NCBI GenBank assembly: GCA_977017575.1
Contig: CDRNVI010000004.1
Coordinates: 558,001 to 622,000 of the forward strand
Origin: Paramoeba atlantica
Lineage: Eukaryota; Protista; Discosea
DNA: 64,000 bases
Reading direction: 5' to 3'
Under the pieces are notes generated by a model that saw only the letters and a list, made by a program, of their open reading frames with translations, was not told where the DNA came from and searched no databases. Below are positions 11,506 through 22,556 of the stretch, piece by piece (the stretch's first letter is position 1; every line of letters starts with the position of its first letter). Both the position numbers and the translations under genes were made by a program.

Positions 11506-11912
11506 GAGGTATGTGCTTGACAGAGACCAGAGTAGTGAGCCTCGCCCTTTCTCAACTGAATAAGGCAGTCAATCCCTGTACACGTGGAATGGACCAAGCT
11601 GTTTCGTAAGAAAACAGAAGGAAAGAAGGAGAAGAGATACGCTACGGCACTGGCATGCCTGGCACTGTGCTTGGGAACCGGTTCCTCGGTGCTTAGGAAG
11701 GCGTGATAATGAGGTCGTTGCCCCACTGGCCAGGATACCTGTCCAGTAAGGTCAACGACCCATTATCTCGGCGCACGAAATGCGCCAATGCTTGCCTGGC
11801 ACCGTGACTGCATGCAGAAAAAAAATGACTTTTGACACTACCGTTGACGTAGTGAAGTTTTTCGTGACTCGGCTGTGTGTCATGAACCGACGCTTTTGGG
11901 GCTCAGCGTTTT

Positions 11913-12173
11913 CCCGGATTTTTATGATCCGAGGCCTTTATGGCTCAGCGTCTGGGCTTTCCACTACGTTGCGCGTAGTGAGGTCCTTTGGACTGTTGTT
12001 TCCCGGACTTTTTATGATCCGAGGCCTTTTATGGCTCAGATTCTAAGTGACGCTTTTCCACTACGAGGTGCGTAGTGAGGTCCTTCGGACTTCGTTGTTT
12101 GCCAGATTTTGATGATCCGAGGCCTTTATGGCTCAGCGTCTGAGTGACGCTTTCCACTACGTAGCGCGTAGTG
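11913..12173. repeat. Three ~90-100-bp tandem units made of short hairpins, upstream of a transposase
   Basis: Recurring ATGATCCGAGGCCTTT(T)ATGGCTCAG, CACTACG...CGTAGTG and GGTCCTT(C/T)GGAC. Confidence 0.85.
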
Positions 12174-13629
12174 AAATAAACGTAGGAAATAAACCGCACC
12201 TGTCTGTAAGCAAAGCAAATCAGCGCGAACGAGAGCTCGCAATTGAACTAACTCTTCTGAAAGGAGAGTTGAAAACGTCTACCGAGCTTTGCGAACACTA
12301 CAAAGCGCAGTGCGAAATTTTAGAAAAAAGCGAAACAACATTGCTACTTTCTATCGCTCGCCTCAGGGACGAAAATTTTTTACTCAAGCAAAGTGAGGGA
12401 TGGAAAGGAGAACCGAAAAAACAAGTTGGTCGTCCGCAGAGTCGTCGAAAAAGAAATCGAAGAGGCCTACCGCGCATTTGGTTCGGAAAAGGTGGTTTGA
12501 CTGAAACAGGCGTCATCACGGTCAAACTTCTTTTTAAGACTGGGATGTTCACACAAGCTGACTTGTGTCACATGCTGTTCCTTACGCGAAGCACTTGCAG
12601 CAGAATTTTGCAACGTCCGGAAGGTGACGAGCGACTAAAGAAACTTGCACACACACGTACCACTTTACAGAGTTGGTCTGGTTACGAGAATGCGAAAAAC
12701 TTCCCAAAGTATAGGCTGTTGTCAACTCGCAAAGAACACTTACTAATCTTCGTTGCACAATGATGCAAATGAGTGAAGTACCTTTACATGTTTCTAGGCG
12801 ACGAATGCAAGCCCTTCTGTATTATCATGGTTATCGATTCCTCTCGAAGGAGCACACGCTTCACTTGACAGAAGCGAAACGCAAGGCTCGCGTAGAATTT
12901 TGTCATGCCATGCTTAAAGAGAACAGCATGTCTAATGGACCATTTTTTAGTTGTCTGGTCTTCACGGACGAGGTTAATGTACACGCTGGAGACCTGTCTC
13001 GTGGCGCTTGGCAAAGTCCCGAAGATCGCGTTCCGAAAAGCTGTTCTCATCATCCGACAAAGGTGATGTTATGGGGGGCTATCGACAGTGATGGTCGGGT
13101 AATTTTTCATTGGTGTGACGACTTTCGACGGTTCTACAGTGATGAGAATGTGCGTCGCACAGTCTTTAGTGAAATTGGTGAAATGCCACCGCCAAACAAA
13201 CAATTCGGTTCCATATATTACAGAAAGCAAGTCCTGGAAGCACACTGGGCTCCTTATGCGCGTTTGCACTCAACAACAATCCTAGTTGATGACGGTGCAC
13301 CTCCGCATACCGCAAAAAGAACGGTGGAGCGGTGGACGACACATGTGGCATTCGAAAACGCGGAAGCACCTCTCCGCCAGTACCACTCTTCGTTCGATGA
13401 GAAGAAGATACCTCCGAAATGGCCAGCAGATTCTCCTGACCTAAACCCGATAGAACACCTTTGGAGAAAAAATAAGAGAAATCCATTGACAGTAGCGGAA
13501 ATAAAAGCTGTTTGCGAGGAATATTTAAAGTCAGAATCATGCGAGATTTATTGCCAGAAATTACATGCGACATTCAAGAAAAGGTTGGAGTTCTGTATTC
13601 AAAAGGAAGGGAAAAAAATCCCTTACTAG
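12128..13629 (+). pseudogene. IS630/Tc1-family transposase, disrupted near 12650-12715, unusually long D-to-E spacer
   Basis: HTH FTQADLCHMLFLTRSTCSRILQ in ORF 12128-12763. VFTDE, VMLWGAI, DDGAPPH and WPADSPDLNPIEHLW in ORF 12760-13629. Confidence 0.85.
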
Positions 13630-13938
13630 GGATATAAATTTTAGATTCGGGAGTAGAAACAATACTAAAGTCTATAGAATTCTATATTAGAGCTTTCTGT
13701 TGACTTCTAGGTCGTTCTTGAAATGCTTTGTGTTTTAGCAAACGATCCTGTACTTCGTATACATTTCCTTCGTATACATTTCACACGTATTTATGTCAAA
13801 AATTCGATAAAACAGGGCCGAAAAATTGCGTCTTACCCAATATTGGGACCGCAAAATAAATCATTTTATTTAGAAACTGTTTCAAACTATTTTTACACTA
13901 AAGCCCCCACCCTAAATGATGCGTTTCCACCACTTATT

Positions 13939-14520
13939 TCATCTGAGGACCTTTCCTATGAGCGAAAAGTTTGTTGCAATATGGCTGGAACGGCACTGTA
14001 CGTTCACTATTCCGGCGAGAAAAACCGTCACTGCCTCCCCTTCATTTGTTTGAGAAATCTTCATTGATTCAGAACCAACGGAGGCAAGGGTCATGCCGTG
14101 CGGCCCCCCATCAAGAAAAGCTGAAGTTTCATCCCCAAAAAAAACAAAATTATATTGGCGAATGCGATGCTGCGTGTACAGCTGCCTCGACCAAGAGACG
14201 ATTCTAGCCTCAAGATCTGCAGGTGCAATAACGCGTTTTCTCCCAAAACGCTGCCAAGGCCAACCGAAAGCGTATTTAAAATTTTTGTTTATCCGTTCTT
14301 TCGATTTCTCGGACAAAGAGCCTTCCGATCTGCTTTCGAATACTCCATGACGTTGCATGAGTTCGAATACAAGAGATTTGTTGATGGAAATGTGTGCAGC
14401 CAACATATGCTCAAGTTCATCGTGTACTTTTTCTTCAGCAGCTCTGCGCGCAGAATTCGCACCCCGTTCTCTTTTGCGATTACTCCCCCCACGATTGACG
14501 CGTTCGGATACCTGTATATC
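13939..14520 (-). pseudogene. pogo/CENP-B-like transposase fragment homologous to 56622-57491
   Basis: FGWPWQRFGR..IAPADLEARI..FFGDETSAF..TLASVG..VTVFLAG aligns with YGWVWRRWGR..LAPADVNLRI..LFGDETAMF..TLAPVG..VTAFLAG. Confidence 0.8.
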
Positions 14521-14546
14521 AGTGGATTAAACTAAACTTCTTCTGT

Positions 14547-15353
14547 CTACTTCTTCTGAAATTTGTTCTGAGCTACTGAGCCAGAATGACTACGCTTATA
14601 ATTGTTGCCTTTTCCGGGCAAGAATTCGATTTTTACTTTGCAATCCCGGATTTCATGGCCTCTCTTCCCGCAGTGACGGCACGTACCTCGTGGAGCATGT
14701 GGGTAGTTCCAGGCTTCGATACTTGAGGATACTTTAACGGGGTGGGGTGGTTTGTAGGCGTTTCGCGCTGCTGGGGTGCGAAGGGCCAACGGAACTGTAC
14801 CAGCCGCAAACTTGTGCATGGTTGACGAGTCGCGGTTTACCACTTCCAATGCACGTTCGTGTCCCGCGAGATTGGCCACAATGGACTTGTTCGTGGCTTT
14901 GTTGTGGTCGTCAAGCATGAGGCGTTCGAGGGCCTCTGCAGACACCGCAGCACCCTCATATCGTAGGCGGTGCATGGGGAGCACCGCTCCCATCTTGCAT
15001 AGGAGGGACCAAACCCCGAGTCGCACGCCCTCCGAATCAATGCTTTTTATCGGAGCGTCAGGAGGGGAGTCTGCCAGAACCTTGGCGTAGTGCACCATGT
15101 CTGGTCGGTTGACGACCGATTCCTTCACTGTCCTATTTACTTGCGGCGAAAGCCACGGATCTGTAGTAAACCCTGTGTCTGTTAAACACTGATGAAGTTG
15201 GGTACCGCAGCGAGGGCTTTCACGCGTCTCAATAAGACCGCAAAAAGCTTTCCGGAGATTCTTGCTGTTTTGATCTCCGTGGTTCGGAGGTTCTAATTCT
15301 ACGATTGGTTCAACTTCAGAGTGCGCTAGATCAATTAGAATACAAGCCCGCAC
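14547..15353 (-). CDS. CCHC zinc-knuckle (gag-like) ORF, copy 1
   Basis: C-terminal CRHCGKRGHEIRDC. Clear homology to 36224-37147 (LHQCLT.TGF, DSEGVRLGVW.LLCK.G.VL). Confidence 0.65.
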   Translation of the reverse strand: MRACILIDLAHSEVEPIVELEPPNHGDQNSKNLRKAFCGLIETRESPRCGTQLHQCLTDTGFTTDPWLSPQVNRTVKESVVNRPDMVHYAKVLADSPPDAPIKSIDSEGVRLGVWSLLCKMGAVLPMHRLRYEGAAVSAEALERLMLDDHNKATNKSIVANLAGHERALEVVNRDSSTMHKFAAGTVPLALRTPAARNAYKPPHPVKVSSSIEAWNYPHAPRGTCRHCGKRGHEIRDCKVKIEFLPGKGNNYKRSHSGSVAQNKFQKK

Positions 15354-16176
15354 AGCGCATCTCGCAAGTAGACAATAACAGCTTGGGAGACGTTGTCTGG
15401 CGAAACATCACCACGCACCATCGCATCAAGGGTCCGCCGGACAATGCGCGCTCCATTTACGGTGTTTCCCTTCGCCGCCGTAGCAACAGCAATCTCGAAA
15501 ATAGGTATTATATTCTTTTCCTTTACATACTGAATTGCTTTGTACTGTTGTTTTCAAGCCCCACCTGTCGACTAATGGTGTTCACCACTTCTGTCTTCCA
15601 CTCAAAGATATTCCTTCTATGGACCTGACACTGGGAAGCAATTGCTAGGGACTCCTTGACATATCTTAATCCGGAACCAAAACTTTTGGGATGGTTTGCG
15701 CAGATCCGAAGAAAAGGAAGGGTATAGCCTAGATAATCTCTTTCTACAGCTCCCACTGTTCCTTCGTTTCCAACAAATACTGGAGAAAGAGTCAAGGAAC
15801 TTTCCTTTTTCGTGATGCTGCGGACATATCTCCTCGGTTACAGCGCCCTGATTCCGCAAAAAATTCAAAGTTCTTTGGAATGTGACCGTCATGCTTCTTT
15901 TTCAATATGCAACTCAAATCTGCACATGTGCATGTCATTAGTATTGGAATAAATTTATATTCTCTTTTTTTGTATTCAGAATCTCAATATTAGACCAATA
16001 AAATACGTTGCTTTAGAAAATATAGTTTTCAAAAAATGACTACAATTGAATCCGACATAAGCCGTTTTTTGCATAGTGCATGTAGATTTACACTGTATGT
16101 GGGCAATCTCATGTCACACAAAAAGAATTTATGACAGCTGTGATTATTTATCTTTTTTCTTGTCTTTCTATTTGTA

Positions 16177-16680
16177 ATGTTTTCTCGCGCACTTCCAAAC
16201 CTCACCAAGAACATCGCAAAGCTTCGTCGTAAAGTTATCAAGAAGCCGTGGGCTGGAAAATCAGCCCCGACAAGTGCAAAAAGCATGTTCATGTCAAAGT
16301 TTCTCAAAGGCAAAAAGGGAGCCCCAGATCTCGCCGGAGCACATGCCGCTTTTAAAAAGTTATCTCCTTCTAAAGTCAAGTCTTTGAGTAAGATTGCTAC
16401 CCAGAATATGAAACAGAAGAAAGCGCTCAAAGCACAAGTGAAAAGCGCAAACTGCAAGCCTTATAGCTTGTTCTTAAAGCGTACCATGCCAGCAATGTGC
16501 CAGGCAGAGAAGGGAAACCACAAGAATCAAAAGGCTTGTTTCCGCGCGGCGTCAAAGAAAGCATCTGCCAAATATAAGAAGCTGTCAGCCGCTCAACGCA
16601 AAGCTCTTTCATATGAAGCAGCACGACTCCGTAAGAAGGGCAAGGCCTTCATTGAAAGGCTGGTAAAGAAGAAAAAGTAA
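16177..16680 (+). CDS. KAP-like HMG-box protein (paralogue 2)
   Basis: 167 aa, colinear with 6453-6956. Confidence 0.65.
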   Translation: MFSRALPNLTKNIAKLRRKVIKKPWAGKSAPTSAKSMFMSKFLKGKKGAPDLAGAHAAFKKLSPSKVKSLSKIATQNMKQKKALKAQVKSANCKPYSLFLKRTMPAMCQAEKGNHKNQKACFRAASKKASAKYKKLSAAQRKALSYEAARLRKKGKAFIERLVKKKK

Positions 16681-17227
16681 GCGTTTCGATTCAATCGAGG
16701 GTAGAAAAAATGTTTTTAAATATAGTTGATAAAGTAAAAATATTATAAAAAGTACTAGAATGCTTATCATTGTAGCTATTTTATAGCTTTTTTTGTAAAT
16801 GAGATCGCGCTGCGAATACACATACATATAAGATCATTTTCATGCATCATGTAGGATCATTATCCTTTACTAATAGAATTTACTAATAGATTCTTTTTAA
16901 AATTTAAATTTACGTGCACAGGACTTTTTACCTTTTTAAAAATTATGCTTTTACAGGTTAGAGAAAATGGATAGATCAAGTACGTCAGTAAAAGTGATTG
17001 GATAATACATGTTTATAGATAATATGTTTAGATAATAACATGTATATTTTCGTTGTACGATAATAACCCCGTTCAACGAAACAACTAAAATTATAGAATT
17101 TAATGAGAGGGAGAGTAGCCAAGAGTAGGCAATCTTTATGTAGATTTATGTGGTCAATTTAATGTCACACAAAAAGAATTTATGTCATCCCGGATTATTT
17201 ATCTTTTTTGTTGTCTTTCTACCTGTA

Positions 17228-17731
17228 ATGTTTGCTCGTGTATTTCCAAACCTCGCCAAGAACATCGCAAAGCTTCGCCTTAAAGTTATCAAGAAGCCGT
17301 GGGCTGGGAAGTCGGCCCCGACAAGTGCGCTGCGTGTATTTATAGCAAAGTTTTGCAAAGGCAAAAAGGGATACCCAAATCTCGCCGGAGCACATGCCGC
17401 TTTTAAAAAGTTATCTCCTGCTCAAGTCCAATCCTTGAATAAGATTGCCGCCCAGAATATGAAACAGAAAACAGCGCTCAGAGCACAAGTGAAAAGCGCA
17501 CGCTGCCTTCCTTATGGCTTGTTCTTAAAGCGTACCATGCCAGCAATATACCAGGCAGAGAAGGGAAAGCACAAGAATCCTAAAGCTTGTTTCCGCGCGG
17601 CGGTAAAGAAGGTATCTGCCAAATATAAGAAGCTGACAGCCGCTCAACGCAAAGCACTTTCAGATCAAGCAGCACGACTCCGTAAGAAGGGCAAGGCATT
17701 CATTGAAACGCTGGTAGAGAAGAAAAAGTAA
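17228..17731 (+). CDS. KAP-like HMG-box protein (paralogue 3)
   Basis: ATG at 17228 matches the paralogue starts. The upstream flank (ATGTCACACAAAAAGAATTTATG) is shared with paralogue 2. Confidence 0.65.
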   Translation: MFARVFPNLAKNIAKLRLKVIKKPWAGKSAPTSALRVFIAKFCKGKKGYPNLAGAHAAFKKLSPAQVQSLNKIAAQNMKQKTALRAQVKSARCLPYGLFLKRTMPAIYQAEKGKHKNPKACFRAAVKKVSAKYKKLTAAQRKALSDQAARLRKKGKAFIETLVEKKK

Positions 17732-20700
17732 CCGTGTCGCTTCATTCAAAGATTAAATAAAATGCATCTAAATGCGAAACGTAGAGTTGATAAAGTGAAA
17801 AAGTTACGAATAATACTAGAATGAATGTCATTGCAACCTTGTTTTTATACACTGTAGTTTTGTAAATGTCTTGAAAGAGAAAATACACCCACGATGATGC
17901 TCCATTTACTGATAGATTTAAAAAAAATAGAAGTCTAGATTTAAAGGAATAGAACGTACAAAGTGCATCTGTATGATTGATTGAACCAATATGTAGGTTT
18001 GTTGATGGATTTTTATTATTGTTATTCTTGATTTGTGAATTTGCACTTTTGCGCTTTCCCTAAATTTGGGGGGTTTTAGTGCGCTTCTAGGAGACAAGCA
18101 GTTTCAGGAAAGACTGTTTTTGGAAATATGTTTTTTGGTAAGTGTAACGCGCTATTATTCTCCAAAAATTATGTAGTCAGGTACACGAGATTTGCCGTAA
18201 GGAATTCGGTCGTAATCAAACCTCGTGTCAAACCTTCAGTCCGAAGGGTTTCACTGCTCCCGACGTTCTGTCACGCACACTTTAAGCCTAAAGCACGAAG
18301 ACATGATCTCGAGCCCATTATTCGGACTTCACAAAAAATAGTACCAACCAATATGTGGTAGAAAAGGTAAGGAGGCCTATTTAGTGAGAGAACTTCGAAA
18401 GAGATACAGAAGTAGGTTAGCAGATGTCTCACACTCCCAAAAGGCATACATTTGCTGCTGTAGATATCGCAGTACGTAGTAGCAGTAGATCTACGGCAGC
18501 TGTAGATGATTTTCTGCTGTAGATTTTGAAACAAAAACGCTGTATTGAAAGTTTGGGTCACCGGCAGTATAAATGTAGGTCGAAAAAAGATTTTTTGGGA
18601 AAGAAATCTTTTAATAAATTTCAACCTTGAATGGTTGTTCTATTGTATTTAGACGTATGGTAAACGGCTTTAGCGGCGTTCAAAGTGATATTTCAGCTCT
18701 TTTACACTCGACTTTACACTTACTATCCGCCCTATTTAGTGCTTAGATTTTTCTTTAGATTCCTTCTAGATTCCCTCGAGAAAACATTGCTCTCTAGATG
18801 TCATCATATACTTGAGGGGCTACGGATGGCGAAATTTCGCAAAGTTTGACCAGGGATTCATCATGTTCTCAACGTTTCGTGAGGTTTCACCGAGGTTTCG
18901 CGAAGTTTCATCGACGTTCCGAAAGGTGTTATCGAGGTTTCTTGAGGCTGCATCCAGAATTTACCAAAGTTTGGGAGAGGTTTCTCGAGGTTTTATCCAC
19001 ATCCCCTCACTTGAAGATCTTTTATCAGGATGGACAACATTGACAAGGGGCGTTTAACCCAAAACAGTGGTTTCGCAGCCAACACACAGTTTTTTCCGCC
19101 TTTAACGGCGCAATTGAGGCCGCTGGCAGCAAATAGGCCAAAGTAGTACACGTTGCACAGAACATTTGGGAAGTGAAAAGGGTCCGAAATACAGGGAGTA
19201 CGTTTCCAAAGAAGTTCGAATTCCTATTGAAAAATTATTTCTCCTGCGTACATGTATTTCCTTCAAAGAAAATGAATTCGAAAAATGTTGAAAAATTTCA
19301 CGTTTAACCTACATTTATACTGCATATTACCCGAACGTTTTTCATGTTTGAAATTTTTTAGAAACCGATTCCGTATACTTTCAGTTCTCATTGGTTCATA
19401 GGAGCCTGCGATATTAATTGGAATTGTCTATATAATTAGGAATATTTTATAACGGCTCAATGTTTGTATTACATGTACATTTGTTTTATGGTAGGATTCA
19501 TCCATTGATTATTCACGATAAAAAATTTGATTTATGCCGCAGACTCGCTCGCAAATCGCAGCGGCATCGAGTGAAAATGAAGCACAAGCTTTGGACTCTC
19601 GTGGCCCCGAGAGTGCAGAGGCTGCAACGGCTTCACAACCGGTTACCCAAGCAAGTAATGAGATGACGGAAACGAGCATAGCACTTCGTTCTATAGTGGA
19701 ACAGCTCGTGAACAAAGTGGCGGATATATCTATCCAATTAAGTAATTTGACTGGAACACAACGGAATGCGAACAGCACAACGTCAACACAGGCGCGTCAA
19801 GAAGACTGGCTATACGACCAAGGTGAGCGGAGCAATACTCAACCACAGTCACGACCTCAATTGCAATCGATCCTGCCGGCTGAACCTCAACCTACCCTTG
19901 TACGATCTCACGGAACCTCCACAATGACAGACCACGAACTGGGAGACAAAATGAACGAAATCGCTGCCGCTTTAGAAGTACGTGATTGTGAAATCCAAAA
20001 AAAAAATCCAAATCATTCCGGATTGCTCCGGATGGTCACTGGCAAGCCAGACCCTTCACAGACAGATTTGGAAGTTCCGAGGCCGACGTCCTCTACCAGT
20101 TTCCGCTTGTCCAAGGCGGCACCAACGTGCTGTTGCCAACACGCTGCGTTGACGAACTGTACGTCAACACGGCTCACCCAAGAGGTGTAAGCCGGGTAAG
20201 GGAGCTGGTTCACTGAGGGGGAGGGTCCGGGACGGTCCTCCGAGTACTGGGCCTAGTCGGTTATCAGCCCAGCCTCTTAGAGTGAGGCCGCCAGGAATAT
20301 TGCGATGAGTGGGTTTGAACTCGCCGTCTGAGCACCATGTGCTTCAAACTTTGATTTCTTGCCACTCCGCCACCTCCACCTTGTGAAATCAAGGTCACCT
20401 GGTACAGCGAAACTTTTGGCCCGGAACGTGACGCAACATGGATTGGTTCACCGCGCGCAGTATTGGATGAACAAGTTAGGGTTAAGCTGGACGTGATATT
20501 TCGGAATGGCTGTGTCTACTCAATTCCGAATGCAGGAGTAAAATACAAACGCATTGAACTAATGACGTGTGGGGGAGATGGACCAGAGAATGATGTCAAG
20601 GAATCCCAGTTCAAAATTTATGACATTAAGACTTAGAATGTATATTTCTCTTCGGACAACAAGATCGCACTAGAGATCCTGGTCCAGCGAATTTGCTCGG

Positions 20701-21299
20701 AATTGCATGTGCCTGCGAGCATGCCACAATCAGTGTTGGAGGCATGGGATGGTTTAATGTATTTTCTTCGAGACGCATTTGCACGTGGAGGCATTGATGC
20801 CCACATGTACCCAGCGCGTGCGCAACAAGGACAACACGTTCTTGATATGTTGCGCATGAAACTTGCCATCATGAGAGGAGGTGACTCCCAGTACATCGTT
20901 ACACAGTATTCGAATTCTTGTGAGCCAAACGATAGTTTGGGTACTATGTTGCGCCGGAGTATTGATTACAACAGAGCTCAAGTTCCTTATCGGTACAGTT
21001 TCAGGTCACAATACCCTAATACTCAGTCAAATTATTCCCCTTCTTATTCACGTGTTTATTTTCGGGGACTCGCAGATGGACGTGGTAGATCATACTCACG
21101 AGGGAGACCTGGAGTACGCTACCGTGGTGGTCAGGATTTTTCCACAGGGGGGCCTGGCGCAACAAGATGACTAGCTACAGTCCGCCTCCCGGCAGAAAGC
21201 CAGTTTTCAAACCATACAGCAAAACGAGTACGTCAATTACAACCAGTAAGTTATACGCTCCTTCCCCAAACTCATCAATTACTAAAACAAGCCGATTAT

Positions 21300-22461
21300 A
21301 TGACTCTCCCCCAGGAAACGTGTCCAGCAACGCGAACAAACAATGCACATCTAATAACATCGGCAAACCACGTCCAGCAAATAGAAATCACAAAACGGGA
21401 AACAGCGCAACATACGGAAAATATGTCTCTGAGAGAACAGAAAAAGAAAAAAACCACGGAAAATATCAAAACGTCACAGGTCAACAGTTGCGCTCCTGTA
21501 GCTCGAAGATTCCGGCCATCTTATTCAACGCTTGTCCGAACGAAAGTATCGCAAGTAGATCATCTGAACGTATTAATTCCAGCAATGACGGAATCATGGG
21601 ACAAAAAAGAAGACTATTTTCTGAAGCACGTCCTGAAGGTAAAGAGCGAAACGACACGCGATGCTTTAAAAAATTGTTGCACACCCAGAACATGGGAGAC
21701 AAGGATACGTCTGCTAAGGGGTCTGAGCACAAAAAATTATGCCTTAAACGACGAGGGTATCGTCTCTTATATCAGATCCCTGGATGTGTCGATACAAACA
21801 AAAAGACCGTACTTAAGCCATTTAATATCAGTTTTGAAGGAGATAGATGCAAAACCTCACAGAGCCGAGATGTACGCAAAGGTCTTAACGAGACAAGGGG
21901 CAGCAGAACCAATACATCAAGCGGAGCCAATATCACCTTGGAATCTCGAACTCGCTGTTCGGACCATGCCCTTCGATATGGCTGCGGTCGTAAATCGCAT
22001 ACAAAACAGCTTCACGAATTGGAGAAGTGGCGAACCTAACAAGACAAGATTTCATACTGTTAACTCCGACCAGAATAGTCATTTACTGGGGGCGCAAAAC
22101 CAAAAGGACAAATGATCAGCCTTACCGCCCAGACAGCTTCGTAGTGATCGAGGGAAAGTATGTACAAGAGATTTACGATTATATTCGTCACCTTCGCCCA
22201 CGGCAAAAGGTGGCTCCAATGACAACAATGCAAGTAACACAGTTTCTTCGGGCCAAGTTCGGCAACGCATTCTCTTTCCACTCCATCAAGCATGGGGCAG
22301 TACGTACGCTGATGCGGTACGTGGTTCAGGGGAAAGTGGAACTCGAGCATATCATGAGAATTGCAAACCACAAGCATCTCAGTACTCTACTACGATACTC
22401 AGGGATAAACGAGACCACAACCATCGCAATGGGCACGCAAAATGCATCGGTCCTCCTTTGA
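21300..22461 (+). pseudogene. Tyrosine recombinase of the retroelement (frameshift near 22030)
   Basis: WRSGE (box I Arg), then FHSIKHGA...IANHKHLSTLLRY (HxxK, H, catalytic Tyr). Confidence 0.85.
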
Positions 22462-22556
22462 ATAATCAAAATAAAGCGAAAATTGCCCGTTTTGATCTCT
22501 CCCGAAGCGTGTGGGCACACGAGGATGACGCGATACTCTGGGCTCCATGAAGATCT

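Noticed and set aside
11913-12173. Hammerhead ribozyme in the hairpin repeats
   Set aside because: GAAA and TGATGA fragments occur but not in the required order around a three-way junction.
20214-20354. Four in-frame TGA codons suggesting UGA recoding
   Set aside because: Host genes use TGG at conserved Trp and several end at TGA. One of these TGAs is conserved in the 31.7-kb relative as a likely real stop, and the element is otherwise frameshifted.
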